Assembly: GCF_009914755.1 (NCBI RefSeq)
Contig: NC_060928.1
Reading direction: 5' to 3' (one strand)
Length of the DNA: 64,000 nt
Source: the human T2T-CHM13v2.0 reference genome, Homo sapiens
Position 1 is the stretch's first letter; each line of letters starts with the position of its first letter. Under the pieces are notes generated by a model, which saw nothing but the letters and a program-made list of their open reading frames with translations, ran no database searches and was not told the DNA's origin. Positions 1 through 14,090 of the stretch are shown here, piece by piece. The position numbers were made by a program, and so were the translations under genes.

Positions 1-782
1 AATGGATGAATTAGATTATAAATTTGTTTAAACTTAACAGAGCTCATGTTTTCATTGGTCTCTTGAGACTAACAAGATTTATATAAATTTGAAATGAGAG
101 AATTCATAAATTTCCAGGAACATAAAAAAACTTTAAAATACTTGTTGGGATGTAACTCAAGGGAAATAGAGAACCTTTAAAAAATGACTTTGATTGCTTA
201 GTTGCAGGATAAGAAGCACAGGATGCAATTGATATCAGGAAAAAAAAAGCAAGAAAGAAACCCCAAACTAAAAACCTCACTTCTTATAAATAAGCATTAA
301 AGAATTTAAAAAATATATGTTTTTGTATAAATGTAAAATAAATAACTTAGGCAATATTCCTCATCCAGGCGAATAACTGGACAGTTTATACTGGTTTCGT
401 AATTTTGATTTAAAACAATATATGTCATTTCTTTGATTTTGTTACAGTGTGAAGAAAATTACATTAGCATATGTTCTATTTTATTCTATTAATGTTTTAT
501 TTTATATAAAATGTATTTATTTGCTCCTACAAAGGTTAATTTTTCTGAAATTTCTAGTTTCCTACACTGATTATATGGGTCAAATTCATGTGTCATTGAA
601 ATGTCTAAGGAAGATTTAAATGTAAAACTAAACTAAATTTTAAAAAGGTTTTTTTCTAAAATGTTTTAAACTTCTTATGATGCTACAAATCAATTAAACT
701 AATAATTCCAAATACACTAATGGCATATAAATTTTGTACAATAAAAAGTGGCCATCAGCTAGTAAATTAAAAATATATATAT

Positions 783-1063
<281 letters not shown>

Positions 1064-1239
1064 AAAAAATATATTTTATATTAGCTTGTATTAGTTGTAC
1101 ATGTTTATTAACCTTCGCAAATGTGAAAAGCATGTGAATGATGGTACCATGATTCAATCAAGTATCACCATAATAATGCGCATATCTAACTACGCCAAAA
1201 CTCAGTAGGTTAAAGGATTAAATATTTCTTTCCATGGTC

Positions 1240-1790
1240 GTATGTCTGCAGTAGGCTACACATAAGCTGAGTTAGTCTGGACTCGCAGCTCTCGGATTCG
1301 AGCTGCAAGCTCCGTGATGCAAGCACTTTTGTTCTGGGGTATATAGACTGAAGGGGTGTCGGCCACCTGGGGCATGTTTTTCTAATGGCGGATCATTGGA
1401 GTGTAAGAGGGCACACTCAACTGTGAAAGAATACTTCAAGCTTCTGCTTATCTCATGCATACTAACTTTTTTAAGATTTTTTTTATTTATTAAATTTTTA
1501 TGGGTACATAGTAGGTGTATGTATTTATGGGGTACATGAGATATTTTGATACAGGCATGCAGTGTGAAATAAGTACATCGTGGGGAATGGGTTATCCTTC
1601 CCCTCAAGCATTTATCCTTTGAGTTAGCACACTAACACTTCAATGGCCAAAGCCAGGCATGTGGTCAATCCCAAATGAGGGAATTAAAAAATGCACTTTA
1701 CCCACCATGAGGATGTGGTATGTGTGTGAAAGTAAATGAATACAACAATGTAGTGAAGAATTGGGGCCAATAATGTAGTCTGCCATACAT
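1240..1790. mobile_element. Old MaLR LTR (MLT1-like) remnant split by an L1 fragment
   Basis: MLT1-like segments (CTTCAAGCTTCTGCTTATCTCATG; CAATGGCCAAAGCCAGGCATGTGG; TTGGGGCCAATAATGTAGTCTGCCA) on both sides of the L1 piece. Boundaries are approximate. Confidence 0.45.
1467..1626 (-). mobile_element. L1 (L1MA-type) 3' end fragment
   Basis: T-rich tail, then TTTTTATGGGTACATAGTAGGTGTATGTATTTATGGGGTACATGAGATATTTTGATACAGGCATG...CCCTCAAGCATTTATCCTTT. Flanked by GCATACTAAC / GCACACTAAC (candidate TSD). Confidence 0.85.
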
Positions 1791-1941
1791 AGATGTGTAT
1801 AGTGGTATGCAGTTTTTTCCAGAACTTTACTCTGCTAATGTGCTTACATGTGGCAGACACCTCTCCATTTATTTTGTAGTATTTTCTGGCCTGTGACAGA
1901 AGTTAGTAGCTTTAATTAATAGTTGAATTAATATTGGTAAA

Positions 1942-2372
1942 GGCTTCCAGCTCTATTCATGTCCCTGAAAAGGAGATGATTTCATTCTTTTTATGGCTGC
2001 ATAGTATTCCATGAAGTATATGGACCATATTTTCTTTATCCAGTTTATCATTAATAAAGACTTATCCTCAGCAAACTAAAGCAAGAACAGAAAAGCAAAT
2101 ACTGCATGTCGTCATTTATAAGTGGGAACTAAAATGAGAACACATGGACACATAGAGGGGAACAACACACACTGGGGCCTATCAGAGGTTGGATGGTGGG
2201 AAGAGGGAGAAGATCAGGAAAAATAATGGGTACTAGGCTTAATACCTGGGTGACGAAATAACCTGCATAACAAACCACCATGACACACGTTTACCTATGT
2301 AACAAACTTGCACATGTATCCCTGAACTTAAAATAGAAGTATATATATATAAATGAACTTTAAAAAAAGAAA
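1942..2372 (+). mobile_element. Short 5'-inverted L1PA-type element (old L1PA 3' end)
   Basis: 1942-2061 is antisense L1 (ATGGCTGCATAGTATTCCATG). 2062-~2340 is sense L1 3'UTR (TTATCCTCAGCAAACTAA...GGGAACAACACACACTGGGGCCT...CCCTGAACTTAAAATA), followed by an A-rich tail. Confidence 0.9.
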
Positions 2373-2749
2373 GTATGTCTTACAAATGATAATCTCTTTG
2401 AAGTGAGGAAATATATCAGCTTTCAACTAAAAAGAAATTAATATTGGCAATAGAGACTTTAGCAAATTCAATAGATGCAAAGATATACATGTGTATGGAG
2501 GATAATGGGTTTGGTTTTTGTCTATGAAGAGGAAAAATAAAGTAAAATGGTTGGTGTGCTAGAATATGAAAGACAATTGACTAGGACAAGCGGAGGCTCT
2601 ACAGTAAAATTTAGAATATCTGAGGTAATACGAATTGTATTAGTCTTAGTTTATAGTACCTATAATCATGAGTGTAAAAATAAACAATTAAAGGTATTTA
2701 ATTTTGACAAAGTTGGCTCAGTGTTAATAAGTTTATTTTTAAGAAAGTT

Positions 2750-2961
2750 TTGGTTCTCACCTCCAACTGGTATCATTGTTCACTTCTTCCCTCACCCTTC
2801 AGGCTTCCTTCCCCCTGTTGCCTGTCCTGGGATGAATTATCCTCCCTATTGATTCCCTTAATCCTGGCTACACTTTCACACATGGGCTCCTTATTTAATT
2901 CTTCAAAGGTTAAGCTTTTGGAGGGTGACACCTGTTTCCTGCTGGGATCTTGACTGCTACA
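2750..2961. mobile_element. Degenerate ERVL/MaLR LTR end
   Basis: Ends in CCTGTTTCCTGCTGGGATCTTGACTGCTACA, which resembles the 3' end of old LTRs. Family not resolved. Confidence 0.35.
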
Positions 2962-4959
2962 TATTTTTCTCTTTATTTTGTTTACTTTTAGTGTTGTCAG
3001 ACTTTCATGTTTAGATTTACTTTACATCTCACTATTGCTAGATGTTTAGAGTGTAGGGCAAACCTCAAAGTATAAACTTACGGTGTCAGCTTTTAAATTT
3101 TAAAAAGATATATGTGCTGGGTAATTATTCTGAAAAAAAATATATGTATTTCATTGGGAGCTTCTCAATGACTTATGTTTTTCATTTTGTCGTTTAAGTG
3201 ACAGAAAGTTTCTGAGGTTGAAATAGAAATAAATTTATTAAAGATCCATCTGTCTTTTTTTCAGAACAAACAAAAAACCTGCCAATTTCCTTGGAACTTA
3301 GGTTCTTTTAATCAGTCTTTTACTTACCTTATCCCTTTCTTTGCCTTTCAAGCATCTCTCTGTTCTGGTACAAAACTGTATCTGATAAGAAGCCCTATGC
3401 AGATATTTCCAAACTTGGAGGAAAAGAGAGATCACATTTGGTTTTGCAGATTCAGGCATTTTTGTGATGGGTCTCAAACTTAAAGCTAGCACTTATCTTA
3501 GGCTTTAGGATCTGTGGTGAAAGGAATTATTTTTTCATGTCCTGGGAGTTGTTTTGAGAGCCCTTTACTTCTTTGCCCTGAAGAAAGTAAAAAAGAAATC
3601 TTTTAAGTAAAGAGAATTTTTCTCAAATAATTGGTATGTATCAATTAGAAATGTGAGACACTAATGAACAACTCATAATTTTGGGATATTAATATGGTGG
3701 TAAGGTAATAAATTCATACTTAAACAAACGTGGGTTCTAATCCAACTTGAACAAGTTATTCAGCTTTCTGTGTCTTTTTTGCAGAGTAATGCCTACTTTC
3801 CCCCACTAGTTCATGTCATGTAGGAATAATTATTAAGAAACATTTTGTCTAAACCTCTTATTTACAGATAAACAGTATTAAATTAAACTGAAAAAGATAG
3901 AATTCCTTGTTCCCTGTTCCTTAGTAACCTTGAGCAAGTGACTTAACTTTGCATTCAGTTTTTTCATTTATAATGGAATATTCACATGTGCTATGCACCT
4001 AGCACATTGCCTGGCTCAGAGGAGGCCCTTGATAAATATTATCATTACTATTTTTGGTACTACTGGAGAATTGTATATAAGTAACATTATTGAAACAGTG
4101 AGGAAAGAGAGGCCCTAGTAATTAATATTGAAAAAAACTCATAAATAAAATAACCCCAAGAAGAAATATTTAGGAAATAAGAAGATAATACATTTCTGCC
4201 TGTGTAATTATTTTTCTCCTTTAAGATTCCATTGTGCTATCTTAAAACTGGGTTCACCTGGATGAAACACCTACAAGGTGGGATGTGCCTGCTCTAAATG
4301 CCTAAAGATAAGCCTGTACTGGAGAGTGAATGAGAAAAGGAAGTCATTTTACCTTGGAAACATACTTGCACTCTTATATTCATTCTTTAGTCTTCTGGAT
4401 AATAGAATTAAAACATTTACCTCATAAAGATGCTGGCAAAACAAATTAACGTATTTATTCTTAGAAATCCATATTAAAAATATAAGTTCTTACAATTGTT
4501 TATTACAAAAACAATCAATCTCTTCTGCTGCAAACAGAGAAAAAGATTCTCCTGCATCTCTTGGCAGTGATTTTGGGGTTTTCATGAATTTCGAAAGTCT
4601 ATGAATGTGTAATCACAGCAGTGAGTAGGAAGTTTATGATGAAGGATGACATATAGATGGATGTCAGCAAGTATCAAGACAGTTCAGGCAGAGATAAAGG
4701 AAGATATTGTGTGAAAGCAGCTGATTCAGCTCTCTTAGGGGCCAGAGATAGACCATCTTAAGTGTCAACCTAAGTCCTGGATCCTGCTATACATATTTTT
4801 ATATATTAACCTTGATGAAAAAAAAATCCCTTGGGCATCTTAACTTTAAAATATTTTTCATGTAATAAATTGAATCTCCTCCTTTCAAGTGAAAGGATTT
4901 TAGTGCTGCTTTGAATAATATTAAAACAGCAGCAAAAAAAATCAATTAATAATACTATC

Positions 4960-5160
4960 AGCTTGGCACATTGCCCTCTTGTGCCACGCTCTAGTCATGT
5001 CATTGAATATCATAGCATACCTGTAGGAAAGATATTGTTATCCTTATTTTATCCCTACCCATGTGTCATAACGGAGACCCATGGAAGTTAAGAAATCTTG
5101 CCATGTTCACAGAGATTGGAGAATATAAAACTAGGATTCAAACCCAGATCTGCATCCTTT
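4960..5160 (-). mobile_element. MIR SINE remnant
   Basis: GAAGTTAAGAAATCTTGCCATGTTCACAGAG...CTAGGATTCAAACCCAGATCTG matches the MIR core. Confidence 0.65.
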
Positions 5161-5232
5161 CGAAGTGAAATTTTAAACTACTGTATGATGCCCTTCATAC
5201 ACAACTGATTTATAGTTTCCACTTATTTATAA

Positions 5233-5559
<327 letters not shown>

Positions 5560-6799
5560 ATAAAACAATAATTTTATAATGCTTTATATAGTTAGCAGCC
5601 TGGATTGTCTATCTGCAATAAAAGAATGGACATAAAACTCATGTACTATATTGGTTTTTGTTGCTACTGATTATTAATCCTGTTAGAAAATGTTGCAAGA
5701 AAATTTGCCAAAAAGGCAAGCTGCAAAAGAAATAATTTATACACTATAGAATATTGGCTAAATATGATTACAAAGCATTTATCTTTTATGATTAAAAAAG
5801 TCCTTGTTATTTTGTTGATGTTACAGCAGTCTCCCTTAATTCTTTTCCTTCTTGTTTTCCTCCTAATCCCTAAGTTTTAGACTTTCATTTCTAAAATACT
5901 TGTTAGTAACTTTGCTTGATGTAGAAAGGCAGGGTACAGTGGCAAGATACTTAGTTTAGAACCTTAAATATGTCAAGTACATATAAGCATAAATGTGGTG
6001 AGTGACTTTTCATGAACATCTATGGTGTCTTTGTTATTAGCCTCAGAAATCCTTCTAGTCTATAAGGACAGTTAATATAGAAAGAAACATATGATTTAAT
6101 ATATACCTTTCTTATTATCTTACTAAGGCCTATGAACAAAGATTGTGAATATTGGATTTATTCGCAATTGAAATTTTAAGCCTAAAAGAGAACAACCTTT
6201 GTTTGATACCTTTTAATTTTGCTTTTTAATATTCAACAAGACCATTATATCCATAACTATGTGTACAGAATAACCTTCCCTTTAAAGAATTATCCCTTAA
6301 AATATTCCAATATTTGGCCTACATCTTCAGGTTTTCTGCAAACAGCTCAGAAGAGACGTTCCCTTAGGGCAGTTATTTTCTCCTTGAAATGTTTTTAAAA
6401 TTACCTAAAATGAGCTTTAATCAATCGAACACACTTGTTTTGATTGTTGAACCTTTTAGTGAATCTACCTCAGAGTGCAAGCCAAATAAAAAGTGAAATA
6501 AATTTGAATAGCAGTAGCTGAGGCTGCCCTTAAAATGTCAGTCTTTACGATAAAAGTCACATGTTTAAGCTATGTTTTTATTGTTCTTGAAGGCCCCAAA
6601 ACTCTATCAGGTGAAAGGAGGCAAGGAAAAGGAATTCTATAAATAATACAGCCCATACTATATTTGCTAATAGGATTGAATGTGACAGTTTCGAAAATGG
6701 CATGCATTAATGACTGTTTTGTTAAAAAATTCTAGGAAAAATTATACCAATTTTTGACAAAAATAATTTCTGTATGTAAATACAAATGTAAACCACATT

Positions 6800-6918
6800 G
6801 ACCTAAAATAGGTCAGAGATTGCCTGGTAATGCCAGGTAGAAAGAGAATGGTTGGCAAAGAGGCATGAAGAAAATTTGGGGTAATGGAAATGTTTGCAGT
6901 GATGATTGTGCTAATAAT
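6800..6918 (+). mobile_element. Ancient L1ME-like 3' fragment
   Basis: GGCAAAGAGGCATGAAGAAAATTTGGGGTAATGGAAATGTTT...GATTGTG resembles L1ME 3'UTR. Confidence 0.5.
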
Positions 6919-7155
6919 TGTGTGTGTGTGTGTGTGTATACACTATATATATAAATAATATATAATATATATTATATATATAAATAATATATAATATATA
7001 TAAATAATATATAATATATTATTTATATATATTATATATATTATTTATATATATTATTTATATATTATTTATATATAATATATATTATATATATAATATA
7101 TATTATATATAATATATATATTATATATATATATTATATATATAATATATATATT
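6919..7155. repeat. (TG)n followed by a 212-bp pure A/T complex (TA)n microsatellite
   Basis: TG repeat at 6919-6936; positions 6944-7155 contain only A and T. Confidence 0.97.
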
Positions 7156-7159
7156 CCCA

Positions 7160-7449
7160 CTGCAGCAATTCTTGAATTATGGTAGAAAAGGTGGTGAATA
7201 AATGTTCCCCATTCCAGCCACAGGGCAGAAAAATTTGAGGCAAATTTTGTGTACTGAGAGTTTGGAGGTCCAGCTGCCCAGAACATTAGACAGCTTGACA
7301 ACATACCCCTCTACTGATTTTCCTTCTTTCCCTTTACATTCTTTCCTATTTGCTACTTCTGCTCCATGGGATCACTTTCAGAAATAAACTACGTACATGT
7401 AAGCCTTTTTTTCCAAGGGCCTGCTTTCTGCTAGGTACCCAGGGTAACA
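7160..7449 (+). mobile_element. LTR16-like ERVL LTR, 3' part
   Basis: TGCTCCATGGGATCACTTTCAGAAATAAACTACGTACATG...GGGCCTGCTTTCTG resembles the LTR16-family 3' end. Confidence 0.5.
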
Positions 7450-7977
7450 AATATATCTTTTCTTCAAAGTATCTCTATACTGTAAATATGGCTGATGCTA
7501 TAAATGGTGAAGGTCTGGCAAGATCTTAATGATGCCTTCAGGGAAGAAAGATCTGTTTTCTGCAGATTTCTGCATGTGTTCAATTGAATTATTCATTTGA
7601 AACTTTTCCAAGTTTAGGTTGTTCCTCAACTTTGTTTTGTATAAATGTAGCGTGATGTTAAGAGAAATATTGCCAGCCAATCTGAATGAAAGGACTCACA
7701 TGAGCTCCTCTGTTGAATGAGAATTTGCAAACTTGCAACCTACTTTAGTGGGAAGTGAAACTGAGATGTGTTTTGTGCATTTCATTTAGGGATATTAGTT
7801 TGCACTTTTATTTCCCCAAGGCCAAAACAAATGGGTACTGTGTATCTTTTCATCCAAATAGGAAAATGTTTCTCAGCAAAGCTTTGGCTTGGTTTGTTGT
7901 TAAGGCATCCTTTTAAATTGGTAAAGAATATTTTTCTTCTGTAGCTTAAGACTAAGACTTGGATGTAGAAACTGGAG

Positions 7978-8180
7978 TCACAGGTGTCCTAGGAGTGTGC
8001 TCATACCAGTTCCTGAGAGTTGAATATGCAGATCTCTTCCAAACTTTGTGTTCATTCACATCACATAAGCAGCTTGAAATTGGCAATGGCGGGAATATTT
8101 ACACCACTGAAATTGGCAAATGTCACAGATCAGGGTTTTCCTCCTCCCCCTGGTGGTGAGTTTACTGGCTCATGAGTGGT
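7978..8180 (+). mobile_element. MER63A-like hAT DNA transposon (MITE)
   Basis: ATCTCTTCCAAACTTTGTGTTCA...AGCTTGAAATTGGCAATGGCGGGAATATTTACACCACTGAAATTGGCAAATG...AATCAGGG-like core; about 200 bp. Confidence 0.75.
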
Positions 8181-9690
8181 ATAATCCACCAGAAGGCAAA
8201 TGCTTCACACTGTCAACCATCCTCAGTTTGTTTCTTCCTACTGTCTAATTACTGAGTTACCTATATACAGTCCATAGTTTAGAGGTAAAAGGGAATGAAA
8301 ACCATCTTTAAAATATTCTTACGTTGTGGATTAGATAATGAATATCTGGTGAGATTAGATGATTTACTTAGCACACAATTAGTTGCAGGGTTTGGGTTAG
8401 AATCATCTCTTTAACTCTTAGCTGCTTGGTGGGAAAACAACTCTGTAATTATCCAGAACTATAAGGTACCCTTGTAGTTGTGTGGATTCACCTTGACTTA
8501 AGCATTCCAACCAAAGCCATACACGTATTTGGATCTAAACCCTGTATTCATGCTATGCTTTATGGCAAATCCTAAACAAGCCTGTGGAGATTTTCATTTG
8601 TTTGTTTCATCAGCAACTCTAAGTCTTGTGAAAGTTAAAGAACTCCAAGTTAACTTTCTTAAGCACTAATATACATACACAGACTCTAGGATTGAAAATT
8701 GCAGTGCTAGTCCATGTATATGTCTTGAATTCATTGTTTTTAAACTCATGCAATATATTAGATCTAATAATAAGAGCTATAAAATAGATCTGAACTTTGA
8801 ACATCGTAATGCTTAAGAAAATGATATATGACATAAAGTATCTAATACCAGAAAGCCACATTTGTAAATATGAAAAATAAAGGCAAAATATAAACAAAAT
8901 ATTCTCAGAATCTTGAACTCATAGCACAAAAAGAATTTTGAGAAAACCCTTAGTACAACTTTATTAGTGATTTGCAAAATAGATATTTCTTGAATTTAAT
9001 TGAATCCCAGAGGACATTCTAAAATTTAACTGTAGCAACTTTGTTAGCACACTGCAGTGTTTCCAAAGGTTTATATAGTATAGGGAAAGCTTGTAGGCTG
9101 GAATGAGAATGTTAATTCCCATGATAGGGTTATAGAAAGAATAGCAGTTAGTTAGGGGAAGGCTTCTTGAAGGGAGTAGTTTGTTCCTTCTCCTTATCTG
9201 TGGACTATGTAAGTTCTTATCGGCGTTGCTTGGATGGGCTTTAGATCTTTGTCCCTTATCCCAGTGGTAAAATTTTGAGATGCAAATGCTTCTGGGTATG
9301 TTTGGGGGAGAATATCTACATCTTTCACCAGATTTATAAATAATTATGTTAATCTCCAAAGGTAAATGTTAAGGGAAAAGTTCATTAACTATTTTTCAGC
9401 ATCTATGTTCAGCACTGTACATACATACATTGCACACATGATTTACATACATATATTTACATGCATGATTGCATTTACTTAATCTTCACTGTTTGAAGAA
9501 ATAACATTATATGTCTCTGATTGGTTTAAACTGTTTTCCTGCAGCAGGCTCTTGTACTCTTAACTCTTACAGTTTATGCTAACTGATTTCAGAGCTAATT
9601 GGGTGGATTAATATGTAGGATGGTAAATAGTTACTTTATTTTTCAAATCCTTATTATCTTGTTTGCTTCCTTGGGTTTATCATTATTTCC

Positions 9691-10156
9691 CGCATTAGTC
9701 AAGGTTCTCCAGAGAAAGAGAACCAATATTATATATAGATATATAGAAATATATTCATTATGAGAAATTGATGCATATGATTATGGAAGCGGAGAAGTCC
9801 TGCAGGCTGTCCCCTGCAAACTGGGGGCCGAGGAAAGCCAGTGGTGTAATTTCAGTACAAACTGAAGTTCTGAGAACAAGGGTCATCAGTAGTGTAAGTT
9901 TCGGAGTCCAAAGGCCCAAGAACCAAGAGCACTGATGTCTCAGGGCAGGAGAAGATGAATGGCCCAGCTCTAACAGAGAGAGCAAACTCACCCGTCTGTT
10001 TTTTTTGTTGGGCCTCACCCACATTGGTGAAGGCGATCTTCCTTACTCAGTCTATTTTCTTCAGAAAACACCTTCCCAGGCACACACAAAAGTAATATTT
10101 TACCCCTATTGGGCATCACTTAGATTAGTCAAGGTGACATAAAATTAACAATCACA
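9691..10156 (-). mobile_element. MLT2 (ERVL) solo LTR, MLT2B/C-like
   Basis: ATTAGTCAAGGTTCTCCAGAGAAAGAGAACCAATA...GGAGAAGTCC...GTCAAGGTGACATAAAATTAACAATCACA, the reverse complement of the MLT2 consensus. Confidence 0.88.
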
Positions 10157-11229
10157 TTATCCAAAGTGTTTTATAGAATATTGGCATCTTCTATCAGGAA
10201 CTCACCTGAGCAAAAATGCATATTCAACTAAAGAAGGGAAGCTTCTGACTGTTTATAAAGATAAAATGCTCTGTAAAGTTTTTGTAACCAGTCTATGAAA
10301 TGAACTTGTAAAATTCTAATACTTAAGTGGCCAGTTGTCCCCTTGAATATTGGAGTTTTTGTGTTTATGGGCAAAATATGTGGCGGTAGTTTCCCAACAT
10401 TCATTTGAAGGCTTTTGTTTGGCCACAAAAATCAGTAAAAACATATATTGTAGTTTCACTTGAAGTTTTCATCAATTGAGCTGATGAGAAAGCAGGTGGT
10501 TACAATGAAGCAAGACAAGCCTTAGATTGCTGCAGGCATGACTCACTATGAAATACAAGTGAGCAATATGTAAAAGCAGCAAAGAATTGAAAGGATGGAA
10601 TAATTTCATATTTCAACACAAAAGATTGCCTAGGATTTTTTCCTATTCAAAACGGGAAATATGACCTTCTGTCCTAGCTCATAAACAAATCTATTCAACA
10701 TTTGCAGCATGCCTGCTTCTTCCTGCATTGCTGAAAATGTATCCTACAGTCTCGAGAGAGCATGGTGAGATTAGGCCTAACAAATACCCTAATCCCTCCC
10801 TGACCATTTGAGAAGAATCTAAGATCCCCACATCGTACTCCTGTTACTGCAGCGGTTTTCAAAACTCAACAAAAAGCAACTGGTTTTCTTTTTTTTTTAT
10901 TTTTTTGAAGGAAAGTGGAAGGTGTACTGAGTGAGATATGAGTACAGAGGGGGCTTTCATGTTGCAGGTGTGCCTGAGGAACTGCGAGGCAGAAAGTAGA
11001 AATATACATCTAAGGTGAATTAAGTCAGAACTTTGAATGTCTGGCTGCTGGAATCTTCATGGTACTTAAGTCCCTTTATAATAAGTTAGCTCATTGGAGA
11101 ATCATGCTATCTTAATGACCTTGATAGTCTTAATGACTTTTAGAGATTTACTGGCAAATCACCATTAGCATGAGGAAATCCCCATTAATATGAGGAAATC
11201 CTCATGTGATAAGGCATAGGATTATGTTT

Positions 11230-11610
11230 TAAGGCAAAGGCTTCTGAGTCAGAAATACCTGAATTGAAATCTGGCTCTGCAGCTTGCTAGTTGTGACTTC
11301 TTAGGCAAAGTCTGCTCGCTTAGAACTGGTATAGGTCCTAGTTTCTTCATGGATAAGATTAGAATCATAATAGTAATTGCCTTTTTAAGGTTATTTGTCG
11401 GGATCATGTGAATTAATGGATGCAAAGTTCTCAGCACGGGGCTGTGCATCTAGTAAGGTCTCTTGCTACTAGCTGTTCTGTTGGTGTTAAGAAGAGAAAG
11501 TACTGAGAAAAGTCCTGGCATTCTGGTTCTGTTAGGAACATTGTTAAATTGTCAAGGTAATTATCCTCTTTGAGCTTCATGTTTCTCATCTGCATAATGA
11601 AGGGATTAAT
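11230..11610 (+). mobile_element. Two adjacent MIR remnants
   Basis: GAGTCAGAAATACCTGAATTGAAATCTGGCTCTGC...TGTGACTT, and GAGCTTCATGTTTCTCATCTGCATAATG. Confidence 0.65.
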
Positions 11611-11677
11611 TGGCTGTAGTTCATATGACAAACAGTAAGAAAGTATATAATAGATTGTAGTATAATAATAACATTTA

Positions 11678-11980
<303 letters not shown>

Positions 11981-11984
11981 CTAT

Positions 11985-12165
11985 TTTAAGCATTTCACAA
12001 GCATCAACTCATTTAATCCTCATAACAACCCTGTTGTTATGCCAGTGAGCAACATATGAAACAACACAAGGACTGTTGTTAATGCCCGTGTTATAGATGA
12101 GGAAATTAAGATGGAGCAATTAAGAAATTTGACACACAGCTAGTAGTGGCAGATCTGTAATTAAG
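11985..12165 (-). mobile_element. MIR remnant
   Basis: CTCATTTAATCCTCATAACAACCCTG...TTATAGATGAGGAAATT. Confidence 0.7.
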
Positions 12166-12236
12166 TGGGCCAAAAAGTAGAAGTATAATATGATCCCATT
12201 TTTGATAAAAGAAACTATCATATATATTTTTATATA

Positions 12237-13400
12237 CAGTCATGCCCTGCATAATAATGTTTTTCTCAACAATGGACCAACCAAATGTACAATAGTGGTC
12301 CTATAAGATTTTAATACAACTGAAAAATTCCTATCACTCAGTGATGCTGTGGCTGTTGTAATGTCATAGTACAATGTTGCAGTGTCATTATTGTAGTGAG
12401 GCTGGTAGAAACAAACATACTCTGCCGCAGTCCTGTAAAACTGTCACACATACAATTATGTCTGTGCATGATACTTGATAATGATAATAAATGACTATGT
12501 TACTGGTTTATGTATTTACTATATTATAATTTATATAGTTTTTTTAGAGTGCATTCCTTCTACTTACATACAAAAAAGTTAACTGTAAAACAACCTCAAG
12601 CAGGTCCTTCAGGAGATATTCCAGAAGACAGCATTGTTATCACAGGAGATGACAGCTCCATGCATGTTATTGCCTCTAAAGACCTTCCAGTGGAACAAGA
12701 TGTGGAGATGGGAGACAGTGACATTGATGATACTTACCCTCTGTAGGCATAGGCTAATAAGTGTTGGTGGCTTATTTTTCTAACAAAAAAGTTTAAAAAG
12801 AAAAACAAATTAAAGTAGAAAAGAGCTTATAGAATAAGCATATAAAGAAAGAAAATATATTTGTGGCTCTGCACAATGAGTTTGTGTTTTAAGCTAAGTG
12901 TTACCACAAAAGAACCAAAAAGTTAAAATTTCAAAATTTATAAAGTAAAACAGTTACAGTAACCTAAAATTAACTTATTTTTCAAGAAAGAAAAAAATTA
13001 TTTAGCCTAAGCATTTATAAAGTCTAGAGTAGTATACAATAATGTCCTAGGCCTTGACATACACTCACCACTCACTCACTGACTCACCCAGAGCAATTTC
13101 CAGTCCTACCAGCTCCATTCATGATAAGTGCCCTCTACAGGTGTACCATATTAAAATTATTTATACTGTATTTTTACTGAATTCAATGTTTACATACACA
13201 AATCCTTGCCATTATGTTTCAACTGCCTACAGTATTCAGTACAGTGACATGCTGTACAGGTTTGTAGCCTAGGAGCAACAGACTAAACCATATAGCTGAG
13301 CTGTACAGTACATTATATCATCTAGGTTTGTGTAAGTACACTCTGATGTTTACACAGTGACAAAACTGCCTAATGATACATTTCTTACAACACATTCCGA
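12237..13400 (+). mobile_element. Tigger3 (Golem/MER7B-like, about 1.2 kb) non-autonomous DNA transposon
   Basis: TA + CAGTCATGCCCTGCATAATAATGTTT TIR; internal CAGGTCCTTCAGGAGATATTCCAGAAGACAGCATTG and CACTCACTCACTGACTCACCCAGAGCAA. The right TIR is not evident at the junction with the following LTR. Confidence 0.88.
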
Positions 13401-13413
13401 TTGGGTGTGTGTG

Positions 13414-14090
<677 letters not shown>

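Noticed and set aside
8619-9359. 92-aa and 131-aa minus-strand ORFs
   Set aside because: No recognisable domain; composition fits random AT-rich DNA; starts are non-ATG.
11162-11205. 20-bp tandem repeat CCATTARYATGAGGAAATCC ending in the hairpin ATGAGGA-AA-TCCTCAT
   Set aside because: Real but tiny; ordinary slippage explains it.
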